DNA of 61,592 nt from a virus (Duplodnaviria; Caudoviricetes): the IMG/VR virus record IMGVR_UViG_3300032561_000023, positions 1-61,592 of that record. The stretch is one strand, 5' to 3'. Both the position numbers and the translations under genes were made by a program. Of the stretch, positions 38,266 through 48,202 are shown piece by piece; position 1 is the stretch's first letter; each line of letters begins with the position of its first letter. Under the pieces are notes generated by a model that was not told the origin of the DNA, made no database searches, and saw only the letters and a program-made list of their open reading frames with translations.

Positions 38266-38976
38266 ATGATTATTGGTGTATGCGGTTTTATCGGTTCTGG
38301 CAAAGATACTATTGCCGATTACTTAACTAACTTTCACGGTTTTCGACGAGAATCCTTTGCAAATAGTCTTAAAGATGCAGTAAGCTATGTGTTTGGCTGG
38401 GATCGAACCATGTTAGAAGGACGCACAAAACAAGCCCGTGAATGGCGCGAACAAGTTGATCCATGGTGGGCAGAACGCTTAAACATGCCTAATTTAACAC
38501 CACGTTGGGTATTACAATACTGGGGCACTGAAGTTTGTCGCAAGGCTTTCCATGACGATATTTGGATTGCTTCATTAGAGAATAAACTACGCAACTCGAA
38601 AGATGACATAGTCATTAGTGACTGCCGTTTTCCTAATGAAATTGCTAGTATTAAAAAAGCGGGCGGCATTGTTATTCGTGTGAAACGTGGTCCGGAACCT
38701 GCATGGTACAATGATGCCGCTGATATGAATGCCGGCGACAAGTGTATGAATTGGATGCTAGCTAAGACTAGAATGGAAAAACTAGGAATTCATGCTAGTG
38801 AAACAGCATGGGTCGGCACTAAGTTTGATTATGTGTTTTCTAATGATTCTAGCATAGACGATTTATATACTCAGATAAAAACTCTTATAAATCCGGAACA
38901 AGATCCCCTTGTCGCCATTGAACGCCTTCTCGATGAAGAACCCGTTGACAATTGGCACACACGGATTTTAGATTAA
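38266..38976 (+). CDS. Deoxynucleoside monophosphate kinase (T4 gp1-like)
   Basis: Motifs IIGVCGFIGSGKDT, SFANSLKD, PRWVLQYWGTEV.R, ISDCRFPNE and HASE. Confidence 0.9.
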   Translation: MIIGVCGFIGSGKDTIADYLTNFHGFRRESFANSLKDAVSYVFGWDRTMLEGRTKQAREWREQVDPWWAERLNMPNLTPRWVLQYWGTEVCRKAFHDDIWIASLENKLRNSKDDIVISDCRFPNEIASIKKAGGIVIRVKRGPEPAWYNDAADMNAGDKCMNWMLAKTRMEKLGIHASETAWVGTKFDYVFSNDSSIDDLYTQIKTLINPEQDPLVAIERLLDEEPVDNWHTRILD

Positions 38977-39211
38977 CAAATTTACAATTATCTAAATTTC
39001 CATCAACGTGGAACACATTGAATACTTCTTTATGCGGGCTTTTAAACCCGCATTTGTCGCAAGTATTTTTTAGTTTATATCCAGCTTGTTGCCATCTAGG
39101 CAATTTAACACCTCGTAAGCAATTACCGCACATGCTCCTATAATAAGCCTGTCCGTTTTTATAATAATTGATAGCTACAGGTGCTCTTCCGCACGAACAT
39201 AATGGTCTCAT
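38885..39211 (-). CDS. Zinc-binding HNH-like protein
   Basis: CSC, CGNC, CDKCG and VFHVDGNLDN....NL..VCANCQR. Confidence 0.7.
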   Translation of the reverse strand: MRPLCSCGRAPVAINYYKNGQAYYRSMCGNCLRGVKLPRWQQAGYKLKNTCDKCGFKSPHKEVFNVFHVDGNLDNCKFVNLKSVCANCQRVLHREGVQWRQGDLVPDL

Positions 39212-39277
39212 ATTTTATTTAAGCCTTTTTAGAGCCTTTTTATAGGCTTATATAAGCGTTGTTTTACCAAAATGCCA

Positions 39278-39283
39278 TAAATA
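39278..39283 (+). promoter_or_regulatory. Late-promoter-like TAAATA box for the sheath gene
   Basis: CATAAATA 32 nt upstream of ATG 39316, with GGAG SD. Confidence 0.6.
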
Positions 39284-39315
39284 CATTAAGAACATGTACT
39301 CATGGAGATAACACA

Positions 39316-42300
39316 ATGGCTCAACTAAATTCACCTGGCGTAAGCGTAACCGTAGTAAACGAAAGTTTCTACACTCCCGGCGCACCAGGTACTGTACCTT
39401 TAATCGTCGTTGCTACGCAAGCAAACAAAATGAATTCGGCTGGAACAGGTACTGCTCCAGGAACCCTAGAAGCAAATGCTGGTCAAGTATACTTGTTAAC
39501 AAGTCAAATGGACTTGGGCAACACATTCGGTATTCCTTACTTCCAAACTGATGCAGAAAATAATCCAGTTAACGCAGGTGAATTAAACGAATATGGTCTA
39601 CAAGCCGCTTATAGTTTTTTAGGCGTTAGTAATCAAGCATACGTTGTACGTGCAGACATTGACACTAGTCAACTTATTGGTACAGCTACAATTCCAACTG
39701 GTTCGCCAGTTGACGGAACATATTGGTGGGATACTGCAACAACTAGTTTTGGTATTTTCCAATGGAACGGAAGTGCTCCAACAGCTACAAACGGACAAAC
39801 TTTTGTTAACCAAATTCCAACAGTAATTAATGCAGGTTCAGGTTTATATAACACTGGAACGTATGCTCCATTACCAAGTTTTGGTGCTGTAGGATCTTAT
39901 GCGATTGTTACAGCTACAACACTTGCAACTCTATGGTACAAACAATATAATACAGCAAGTGATGGTACAGGCGGCACAACTGCTGGTGCAAGCACAGCAG
40001 GTATATGGGTACAGGTTGGTTCGACTGCTTGGACTGCAAGTATGCCAACAGTTACAAGTAGCGTTGCTTCAACTAGTGCAACTATTTCAAGTGGCGATAC
40101 ATTGATTGTTAACGGTTATACTGTTACTGGTGCAACTACATTCGGTGGCTTAGTTACAGCACTAGGATCACATGTTACTGGTGTTACAGCAAGCGTACAA
40201 AACGGTTATTTGAATTTATATTCAACTGGTGTTGCAATTACACTAGGCGGTACATTAACTAGTACAAATAAAATTATCAGTGCAGGAACTTATAATGCAC
40301 CAGCATTAGCAATTTCTCCACACTATACTGTTCCACAATGGGCAGGTAGTTATTCAAGTGGTGTTTTAACTCCAGGATCAACTTACCCAACAGGTAGTAT
40401 TTGGATTAAAACAACTCCAGTAAACTTAGGTGCAAACTGGGATATTGAAAAATATAACGCATCTACAGCTAGCTGGATTCGTCAAACGATTTCAGCATTG
40501 TATGGTAGCAACCAGGCCGCTATGGCCGCATTAGACCCAACAGGTGGCGGTATTAATATTCCAGTTGGCCAAATCTATGTAAAATACAATGATGACGAGT
40601 TGACTAACCCAACTTATGCAAACTTTAAAATTTATCAACGTCTATCAACTGGTGTAACTAGCTCAACTTCAAATGCAATAACAGCAAGTACATTTACATC
40701 TGGTACATATACATTCACTATTTCATCAAGCCAAGTTGGTACAGCAGTATTGCCAAGCTATGCAACTGTAAGTTTCACAGCAGTTGGTAATGCAACAACT
40801 GACTCTCAAGCATTAACAACAGCGATTAACAACGCAGTAGTTTCATTAGGCAACGTTGTAGCAAGTGTAACAAGTCTAAATCAAATTGTATTAACACATA
40901 CACAAGGTGGTGATATTAGATTACAAGACGGCACAGGAACACCAATTGGTAAAATCTTTACTGTTGGAACAAATAGTGCTTTCTACGCAGACCCAACAGG
41001 AACTGCAAACTACTATATTATCACAGCTTGGGCAAGTGCTACATCAACAGGTACAGCACTAGTAACTCCTTCAGCAACTGCTCCAACAACAACTCCAGCT
41101 AACGGAACATTGTGGTATAACAGTTCTGTAAGCGATGTGGACATCTTAGTTAACGATGGTTCACATTGGAGAGGTTATGCTAGTACTGCTGGTAAAGTTG
41201 TAGTTAACCAAGGTGTTGGTTATACTAACGGTTACTCACAAACTGATGCCAACGGTCCAATTATCAGCGCAACACAACCAACAACAAACAGTTCAGGTGG
41301 TGTATTACAGCACGGTGATTTGTGGATTAACACAAGCAATTTACAAGCCTGGCCACAAATTTATCGTTATAACTTCTTAACAAAAGCATGGGTGTTGATT
41401 GATACTACAGATCACACAACAAGTAACGGTATTATTTTTGCCGATGCACGTTGGAGTGACCAAAACAATAATTCAGTTGGTGCAAAAACTGGAATGGAAG
41501 CACCTGATGCAATCACAACATTATTAACAACCGACTTTGTTGATTTTGACACTCCGAATGCACAGTTATATCCAAAAGGTACATTGTTATTCAACCTACG
41601 TCGTAGCAGTTTTAATGTAAAACGTTATGTAACTAACTATGTTAATACTCAAGCATACAATACGAACTTATCAGGTACACCATTGATGACATCATATTAT
41701 CCAGATTCATGGGTAACTGATGCCGCAAATGATTATAAGGGCCGTGGAGTATTTGGAACACACGCTCAACGAGCAGTGGTTGTACAAGCACTCAACGCTT
41801 TAATTGAAAATAATCAACAAATTCGTGACGAAGATAGTCGTGTATTTGACATCATTGCATGTCCAGGTTATTTAGAAACATTACCAGCATTGGTAAGTCT
41901 AAACAATGATCGTGGGTTGTTATCATTCATTATTGCAGATGCTCCAGCACATTTACAACCCGATGCAACAAGTTTAAGCAATTGGGGTAATAATGTGAAA
42001 AATGCTCCTGTTGACGGATGGGACGGATTAGTAACGACAGATGCTAATTCAGCAGTTTATTATCCATGGGGCTTAACAACAGACTTGTTAGGTAATAACA
42101 TTGTTGTTCCTCCAAGTCACATTATGTTACGTACTATTGCATTAAGCGACAATGTTGCTTATCCTTGGTTTGCTCCAGCAGGTGTACGTCGTGGTGGTGT
42201 AACTAATGCAAGTAGCGTAGGTTATGTTGATGCAACAACTGGTGAATTCAATACAGTTGCATTGAACACAGGACAACGTGACACATTAGCTAGCATCCAC

Positions 42301-42705
42301 GTAAACCCAATTACATACATTGGTGGAGTTGGTCTAGTAACTTATGGACAGTACACACGTCAATTGGTTGCAAGTAGTTTAGATCGTATCAACGTTGCAC
42401 GTTTAGTAATTTACTTACGTTACAAGTTGAATGCTATTTCTAAACCATACATTTTTGAACCAAACGATACAATTACCCGTAACGAAATTAAACAAGAAAT
42501 TGAAAAATTATTGCTTAACTTAACGGCTGAACGTGCTCTATACGACTACCTAGTAGTTTGCGACACTTCAAACAACACACCAAGCAGAATCGATGCTAAT
42601 GAGTTATACGTTGACATTGCTATTGAGCCAGTCAAGTCAGTTGAATTCATTTACATTCCATTACGCTTAGAAAACACTGGCGCTATTGCTGGGTTGAGCA
42701 AATAA
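39316..42705 (+). CDS. Contractile tail sheath protein (T4 gp18-like) with large insertions
   Basis: N-terminal LNSPGVSVTVVNESFY. C-terminal PWFAPAGVRRG, SSLDRINVARL, FEPND..TR and DIAIEPVKSVEFIYIP. Start reassigned to 39316. Confidence 0.93.
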   Translation: MAQLNSPGVSVTVVNESFYTPGAPGTVPLIVVATQANKMNSAGTGTAPGTLEANAGQVYLLTSQMDLGNTFGIPYFQTDAENNPVNAGELNEYGLQAAYSFLGVSNQAYVVRADIDTSQLIGTATIPTGSPVDGTYWWDTATTSFGIFQWNGSAPTATNGQTFVNQIPTVINAGSGLYNTGTYAPLPSFGAVGSYAIVTATTLATLWYKQYNTASDGTGGTTAGASTAGIWVQVGSTAWTASMPTVTSSVASTSATISSGDTLIVNGYTVTGATTFGGLVTALGSHVTGVTASVQNGYLNLYSTGVAITLGGTLTSTNKIISAGTYNAPALAISPHYTVPQWAGSYSSGVLTPGSTYPTGSIWIKTTPVNLGANWDIEKYNASTASWIRQTISALYGSNQAAMAALDPTGGGINIPVGQIYVKYNDDELTNPTYANFKIYQRLSTGVTSSTSNAITASTFTSGTYTFTISSSQVGTAVLPSYATVSFTAVGNATTDSQALTTAINNAVVSLGNVVASVTSLNQIVLTHTQGGDIRLQDGTGTPIGKIFTVGTNSAFYADPTGTANYYIITAWASATSTGTALVTPSATAPTTTPANGTLWYNSSVSDVDILVNDGSHWRGYASTAGKVVVNQGVGYTNGYSQTDANGPIISATQPTTNSSGGVLQHGDLWINTSNLQAWPQIYRYNFLTKAWVLIDTTDHTTSNGIIFADARWSDQNNNSVGAKTGMEAPDAITTLLTTDFVDFDTPNAQLYPKGTLLFNLRRSSFNVKRYVTNYVNTQAYNTNLSGTPLMTSYYPDSWVTDAANDYKGRGVFGTHAQRAVVVQALNALIENNQQIRDEDSRVFDIIACPGYLETLPALVSLNNDRGLLSFIIADAPAHLQPDATSLSNWGNNVKNAPVDGWDGLVTTDANSAVYYPWGLTTDLLGNNIVVPPSHIMLRTIALSDNVAYPWFAPAGVRRGGVTNASSVGYVDATTGEFNTVALNTGQRDTLASIHVNPITYIGGVGLVTYGQYTRQLVASSLDRINVARLVIYLRYKLNAISKPYIFEPNDTITRNEIKQEIEKLLLNLTAERALYDYLVVCDTSNNTPSRIDANELYVDIAIEPVKSVEFIYIPLRLENTGAIAGLSK

Positions 42706-42715
42706 GGAGACATAA

Positions 42716-43351
42716 ATGGCAATTGCGGCACTTTCAAATTTTACAGTACCACTAGCAAGTGATCAAAGCGCGGCTTCACAAGGCATGTTAATGCCTAAGT
42801 TGAAGTATCGTTTTAGAATTAACTTTGAAAACTTTGGTGTAAGTACTCCAACAACCGAACTAACTAAACAAGTTGCTGAAGCGGCTCGTCCAAGTGTTGA
42901 ATTCGAAGATCAAAAGATTGATATCTACAACAGTATCATTCACTACGCTGGAAAACCTAAGTGGAAACCACTTACAGTTAAACTACGTGATGATGTTACT
43001 GGTGCAGTTAGCAAGTTGGTCGGCGAACAAAATCAGAAACAATTTGACTTCTTTGAACAAAGTTCAGCGGCCGCGGCTGGTGATTACAAGTTCACAATGC
43101 GTATTGAAATGCTTGACGGTGGTAATGGATCTAACACACCTAACGTTCTTGAAACATGGGAACTATATGGTTGCTACGTCCAGCAAACAAACTGGCAAGA
43201 ATTAAAGTACAGTGAACAAGGTCCTGTTATGATTGACTTAACAATTCAGTTTGATAATGCAGTACAAACTGATCCAGTTCCAGCAATTGGCGCTCCTAAA
43301 TCAGTGATGATTCCAGGTGCCGCTAGTGGTAAGAACGCAATCGGTTCATAA
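42716..43351 (+). CDS. Tail tube protein (T4 gp19-like)
   Basis: Follows the sheath gene. PKLKYRFR, YAGKPKW.P.TV.LRDD, ETWELYGC and LTIQFDNA. Confidence 0.85.
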   Translation: MAIAALSNFTVPLASDQSAASQGMLMPKLKYRFRINFENFGVSTPTTELTKQVAEAARPSVEFEDQKIDIYNSIIHYAGKPKWKPLTVKLRDDVTGAVSKLVGEQNQKQFDFFEQSSAAAAGDYKFTMRIEMLDGGNGSNTPNVLETWELYGCYVQQTNWQELKYSEQGPVMIDLTIQFDNAVQTDPVPAIGAPKSVMIPGAASGKNAIGS

Positions 43352-43355
43352 TATT

Positions 43356-43378
43356 AAGCCTACGCAAGTAGGCTTTTT
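43356..43378 (+). terminator. Rho-independent terminator
   Basis: AAGCCTAC-GCAA-GTAGGCTT followed by TTT. Confidence 0.8.
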
Positions 43379-43426
43379 ATTGACTATTCATTAAATACGC
43401 AGTTTACTATTTAAATAAATAATAGT

Positions 43427-44434
43427 ATGGCCTTTACATCTAACCGCAATTTACAAGCAAACAACGAGCTTTTTCTAAAAGATTATCAACACGCGGCTCG
43501 TGTGTTCTCCGACGACCAGTTTAGGCTTGCTCCTAAACAAAAATTTCTATTCCATGTTGCATTTGGCATCAATAGCTCAACTGTTTATAATTTAAATTTA
43601 ATTCAGCGTTACGGTAAAGAAATTAATATGTTAGTAAAAAGTGTTGACTTACCACACTTTACTATCAAAACTGATATGGTAAATCAGTATAACAGAAAGA
43701 AACAAATTCAGTACATGCATGAACCTATGGAAATAGGAATTAAATTTCATGATGATAATATGGGATTAATTAATGCGTTGTGGCAAAATTATTACAATTA
43801 TTACTACGCAGATCCAACTAGTGCATCGGTACAAGGTGCATACGAAAGAACTGCGACACAAAATTCTAACTATATTCCAACAGCATATGGTTTAGATAAC
43901 GGAAGCACGATTCCATTTTTTAGTTATATTAAAATTTATCAAATGGCTAGACACGAGTATGTTCAATATACATTGTCTAATCCAATTATCAGTAGTTGGA
44001 ATCATAATCGATTAGATTATAGCCAAGGAAATCAAACGCATGAGTTTGATATGAAGTTAAAGTATGAAGCTGTAAGTTACAATGTTGGTTCTGTAGATCC
44101 TGATAAAGATCCTTCTGGAGGCGTCGAAGGGTTTGGCGATACACATTATGATCACACACATAGTCCATTATATGGTGTTAATCCAGACCCAACTGTTAAC
44201 AGTCCAAGTTTCGTAGAAGCATTAGATGTTAGATCTAATGCTCCTGGTTTTCTTGATAGTGTAATAACACAAATCAATACATATCAAAATACTCAACAAC
44301 CGATTAGTGCAAATGGTACTAGCGGAATTACTAGCCCTAATCCATATAATAATGCAAGCGGACTTAGTGGATTTAGTTTTCCAATGAGCAACACCGATAG
44401 CAACACAACTCTTGCAACTCAACGAAAAAAGTAA
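43427..44434 (+). CDS. Tail-tube-fold protein (gp54/gp48-like baseplate-tube junction)
   Basis: LVKSVDLP.F......NQYNRK, I.FHDDN, Y.L.NP.ISSWNH..LDY and M.LKYE match the tube-like fold pattern. Confidence 0.6.
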   Translation: MAFTSNRNLQANNELFLKDYQHAARVFSDDQFRLAPKQKFLFHVAFGINSSTVYNLNLIQRYGKEINMLVKSVDLPHFTIKTDMVNQYNRKKQIQYMHEPMEIGIKFHDDNMGLINALWQNYYNYYYADPTSASVQGAYERTATQNSNYIPTAYGLDNGSTIPFFSYIKIYQMARHEYVQYTLSNPIISSWNHNRLDYSQGNQTHEFDMKLKYEAVSYNVGSVDPDKDPSGGVEGFGDTHYDHTHSPLYGVNPDPTVNSPSFVEALDVRSNAPGFLDSVITQINTYQNTQQPISANGTSGITSPNPYNNASGLSGFSFPMSNTDSNTTLATQRKK

Positions 44435-44443
44435 GGAAATAAC

Positions 44444-44809
44444 ATGATTGGAAATTTACCTGCAACACAGCAGAATGGTTCAGTAACCGTCAAAACATTC
44501 TTCGATACTTATTTTAATACTCCCGTAAGTTTTCCTGCTGTAGAAATAGACGCAACTGTTGCATTTTTTGTTAAACGTGGGTTTGATTATACAAGTGCTA
44601 GTAGTACTGCAATTATTTTATTAAATCAATCAAGAGTAGAAAATGTCAGTGTCTTTACTTTACTAGACAAACTAAAAAGTTTGACAGACGTACAACTTAG
44701 TCAAGTAGTGGCACAAGTACTAAACGCTTACAGAGAAAATACTAGCCTATTAGGTTTTAGAACATCTGTATCCACCGATACTTTTGAAGCCCGCAATATT
44801 TTAATATAA
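44444..44809 (+). CDS. Hypothetical protein
   Basis: 121 aa with AAGGA SD, inside the morphogenesis operon. Confidence 0.6.
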   Translation: MIGNLPATQQNGSVTVKTFFDTYFNTPVSFPAVEIDATVAFFVKRGFDYTSASSTAIILLNQSRVENVSVFTLLDKLKSLTDVQLSQVVAQVLNAYRENTSLLGFRTSVSTDTFEARNILI

Positions 44810-44810
44810 T

Positions 44811-45236
44811 ATGGCAAAGTTCGCACGTGGCAAATTTAACATGAAGCACCCAGACAAGTATGTTGGTACTAAATTGCCAACATATAGAAGTAGCTGGGAA
44901 TGGAGCTTTATGAATTTTTGCGATAATAACGAAAACGTGCAAAAATGGGCAAGCGAAGCCGTACAAATTCCCTATAGAGATCCGTTAACTGACAGACAAA
45001 CAGTCTATGTACCCGATTTCTTCATTCAATATGTTGACCGTAATAATCGTGTTATTACAGAGTTGATAGAAATTAAACCAGCAAGTCAGACAATTTTAGA
45101 ACGTGTTGGTAAAAATAAATTCAATCAAGCACAGTTTGTAAAAAATCAAGCCAAATGGGCGGCGGCTGGGCTTTGGTGTAGACAGCAAGGCATACAATTC
45201 AGAATCCTTAATGAAAATGATATCTTCCATCAATAA
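44811..45236 (+). CDS. Head completion nuclease (T4 gp4-like, TnsA-type fold)
   Basis: KYVG....YRSSWE..FM.FCD.N..V.KWASE...IPY, YVPDF, LIEIKP and NQAKW.AA. Confidence 0.85.
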   Translation: MAKFARGKFNMKHPDKYVGTKLPTYRSSWEWSFMNFCDNNENVQKWASEAVQIPYRDPLTDRQTVYVPDFFIQYVDRNNRVITELIEIKPASQTILERVGKNKFNQAQFVKNQAKWAAAGLWCRQQGIQFRILNENDIFHQ

Positions 45237-45253
45237 GTAGGATAAGTAATGTT

Positions 45254-45736
45254 ATGACTAAAAAACTTGAAGAAATCCTAAACTTACCTGAAAGCAAGAA
45301 AATTGTTAAGCAGGAAGAAAAAGAACAGAAAAAAGCTGAATTAGCACAACCATTTATTCGCGATATGAGCGAGTACGATAAAATATCAGCGGCCCTTCCA
45401 CAAGTAAAAGGTTTGGGTGATGCCGGTGATGCCGAGCTTGATGACCTGGCTAAAAAGGCTCAAGATGCTTACGAAGATATTATGGATTTGGGCATGAACG
45501 TTGAAGCTAGATATAGCGGCAGATTGTTTGAAGTTGCGGCTAGTATGCTAGGACATGCTATTAGTGCTAAAAGTGCTAAACTAGACAAAAAGTTAAAAAT
45601 GATCGATTTGCAGTTGAAAAAGCAAAAATTAGACCAAGATAACAGTCAATCCGATGAAGGTGTAACTATTCCAGGAGATGGAGTTATTATCACAGATCGT
45701 AATAGCCTAATAGAAAAATTAAAGAATTTAAAATAA
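45254..45736 (+). CDS. Putative terminase small subunit (gp16-like)
   Basis: Helical; R.FEVAASML resembles the gp16 R.yEV...l motif. Lies upstream of terL. Confidence 0.5.
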   Translation: MTKKLEEILNLPESKKIVKQEEKEQKKAELAQPFIRDMSEYDKISAALPQVKGLGDAGDAELDDLAKKAQDAYEDIMDLGMNVEARYSGRLFEVAASMLGHAISAKSAKLDKKLKMIDLQLKKQKLDQDNSQSDEGVTIPGDGVIITDRNSLIEKLKNLK

Positions 45737-45757
45737 ATATAGTACTAGGACCAGACT

Positions 45758-46393
45758 ATGAAATCATACAAAGAATACTTGACCGAAAGCAAGAAAGTTT
45801 ACGAATTTAAAGTAAAAATTGCCGGAGATCACCCAGATAATGCCGTTGAGCAAATTAAAGGCTCACTAGCTCAATTCCATGTTAGTAAAGTTAGCAAAGG
45901 GATGACAACACCAATTCAAGAACGTCACAGCGAATTTCCAGAACATAAAAATGTTGGAATGACTATCTATGATGTAACTACAGATTATCCAGCAACACAG
46001 TTGCAAATACGAGATATGGTAGCTACTGGTTTAGGTGTTACACATAGTCACGTTATTGTTAGAAACATGGCTGAAGAAGCAGAACATGCGTTAAATCACG
46101 AACATGATAAAAAATCTGGTAAAGCATTAGTTGGTACAACACAGGAACCTAGTAACCATGGCGATATGGTTAATGACAAATACAAGTATGATTTGTTAAA
46201 AGAATTAGGTAAAGAAAAACATAATATGACACAAATCAAAGGATTTAACGATCAAATTCTGGCAAATAGCTTGCCTGGTGTGTCAGAAGAATATAAAAAA
46301 GTAAAAGATTTTAACTCAAACAAACAAGGGAATGTCAGCGCAATCGGTACTAAGCAAAACAAACTCCCTGTACTACCTAAGGGAGCAAGATAA
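45758..46393 (+). CDS. Hypothetical protein, probably head-associated
   Basis: MKSYKEYLTES start is typical of T4-like prohead-processed proteins. TAAATA at 45734 and AGGA SD. Confidence 0.55.
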   Translation: MKSYKEYLTESKKVYEFKVKIAGDHPDNAVEQIKGSLAQFHVSKVSKGMTTPIQERHSEFPEHKNVGMTIYDVTTDYPATQLQIRDMVATGLGVTHSHVIVRNMAEEAEHALNHEHDKKSGKALVGTTQEPSNHGDMVNDKYKYDLLKELGKEKHNMTQIKGFNDQILANSLPGVSEEYKKVKDFNSNKQGNVSAIGTKQNKLPVLPKGAR

Positions 46394-48126
46394 TGCATTT
46401 ATACGATTTAATGGCAAAATTAAAAAAGATTGAAGAAGCTGGCGAACCAGCTTCAATGGATTCAGCAAGACCAGGTACACCTCAAGGTCCTGCAATGCCA
46501 GCACAACAGTCTACACAGCAAACACAAACAATATCTCCACAAGCTGATCGTCCAGGTCTTGCACCACACGGTGATCCTAAATTGTACGATGTACAAAAGT
46601 GGTTATCAAGCCCTCCATTCAATTATCCAGTTAAACCAGATGGATTAAATGGACCAGTTACAAAGAAATATTACGACATGGCTCAGCACACACATGAAGA
46701 GTTAGTAAATTTCCAACAACCAACTGCTAGTGCTTATGGTATGACAGCAGGTGCATGGATCGGTCATGCATACGGTGCATTAAAGGCATTTTTTAGTAAT
46801 TTTGGTAAAGGTTTTAATTATGCGTCTAGTAATGATTTAAATCCACCTACTATGAAAGAAAGTCTTGAAAGACTTCGTAGAATTGACGAAGGCACAGATG
46901 TAGAAGTTGATGAATGCGGTCCAATGCCAATGATGCCACATGCCGGACAACAAGACAATGTGACTATGAATGTTAATATGTCTGGTCAAGGCGAAGGCGG
47001 CATTCGTAGTCTAATGGATATTCTACGTAGTATTGAAAAAGGCGAACAAGGCGAAGAGCCAATGATGGTAATTGGTAAAGGACCAGACGAACACGATGCA
47101 GAAGAGCCAATGATGGGAGATATGATTGCACACATGTCAGACGAAGGGCAAAGTGATGATAGTCCACTTACATCTGATGAGCGCGGAGTAGGCGAAGAGT
47201 TTGATGATGACGAGGAAACTTATGGCAATAGTGCCAAGGGATCTGCAGGACATCATGTTCATGGGATTGACGCAGTTACATTCAGCGGCGATGATATGAA
47301 TAGTAAAGGTAAAATTAGCCCAGTTCAACGTGCTCCTGGTACAAACAGTTTACGTGAACCAAGCAACTTTGACGAGTCATTGGTAAATCGTTTAAGTCAA
47401 ATGTACCAGGCTATTAAAGAAGAACGTACGGAAGAAAAGAACGAAAAGGGTGAAGTTACTAAATGGAAAGAAGAAACTCCATGGCGCAAGGCTACAAACA
47501 AAGACGGCCGTGGCAAAGTAACTAACATGAGTGATAAAGCTCGCCGTGAAACAGAAAAACTGGCCAAGAAAGATGTAAAAGAAAACGCTCATCACGAGGA
47601 CGACGAAGAAAGAAAAATTCGACACCTAATGCGAAAATATGGTTGGAGTCATCAAGAGGCATTAGAGTATTACCACTATGAAGAGCATGATCCTAAAGAT
47701 TATGAAGACATGGAAGAATCTGCCAAATGGCGTGATCCTAAGTATAAAGGTAAACTGTTTACTCAAAAGAAAGGCGACAGCGACGATTACGATCATATAG
47801 ATTATGGATACGGGATGAAAGAAAGACCTAAAAAAGATCCTGGACAAAAACGCTCTACATTTGACAGAGATACTGTATGGACAGATCCATTAGATACTAG
47901 AAGTAATTTACCTAAGCATCACAATGATCCTGAGAACTGGGGGTATGGTAGTATCTCTAGTAAAGGCGACTCAAAAGGAAAACTTACGGCTGATAGAAGA
48001 AAGCGTATGAAAAATGATATTCGAGGAAGTTTAGGACAACACCATACTCCAACCTTACCAGAACAGATGAATGAAAGCAAAGAATTAAACGATATTATTG
48101 CATTAACAAAAATGTTAAAAGGTTAA
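46393..48126 (+). CDS. Acidic low-complexity protein; putative internal head protein
   Basis: 577 aa, highly charged, with repeated xxES/xxEN motifs and one PGBD-like motif (VKPDGLNGPVT). Confidence 0.5.
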   Translation: MHLYDLMAKLKKIEEAGEPASMDSARPGTPQGPAMPAQQSTQQTQTISPQADRPGLAPHGDPKLYDVQKWLSSPPFNYPVKPDGLNGPVTKKYYDMAQHTHEELVNFQQPTASAYGMTAGAWIGHAYGALKAFFSNFGKGFNYASSNDLNPPTMKESLERLRRIDEGTDVEVDECGPMPMMPHAGQQDNVTMNVNMSGQGEGGIRSLMDILRSIEKGEQGEEPMMVIGKGPDEHDAEEPMMGDMIAHMSDEGQSDDSPLTSDERGVGEEFDDDEETYGNSAKGSAGHHVHGIDAVTFSGDDMNSKGKISPVQRAPGTNSLREPSNFDESLVNRLSQMYQAIKEERTEEKNEKGEVTKWKEETPWRKATNKDGRGKVTNMSDKARRETEKLAKKDVKENAHHEDDEERKIRHLMRKYGWSHQEALEYYHYEEHDPKDYEDMEESAKWRDPKYKGKLFTQKKGDSDDYDHIDYGYGMKERPKKDPGQKRSTFDRDTVWTDPLDTRSNLPKHHNDPENWGYGSISSKGDSKGKLTADRRKRMKNDIRGSLGQHHTPTLPEQMNESKELNDIIALTKMLKG

Positions 48127-48160
48127 GTTTCGTCGCAGTTAGCACCCTGTCCAAGGTGCC

Positions 48161-48188
48161 AAATAGACCCTTCGGGGTCTATTTTTTT
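48161..48188 (+). terminator. Rho-independent terminator with UUCG loop
   Basis: AAATAGACCC-TTCG-GGGTCTATTT followed by TTTT. Confidence 0.85.
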
Positions 48189-48202
48189 CGGTAAATAAAA
48201 AT

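Noticed and set aside
38885-39211. HNH-like ORF as a mobile homing endonuclease
   Set aside because: It is short, interrupts no gene, has a degenerate final motif and has its own late box. A resident gene is more likely.
39221-39258. AGCCTTTTT direct repeat and small hairpin between the HNH-like and sheath genes
   Set aside because: Too short and AT-rich to support a specific function.
39259-39315. Upstream starts given by the ORF track for sheath (39259) and for ORFs at 49740, 51979 and 55744
   Set aside because: These run through promoter boxes, terminators or the previous gene. ATGs at 39316, 49815, 51988 and 55804 fit the signals better.
44811-45236. TnsA-like nuclease as evidence of a Tn7-like transposon
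   Set aside because: There are no tnsB/tnsC genes or terminal repeats. Motifs and context fit the T4 gp4 head-completion family.
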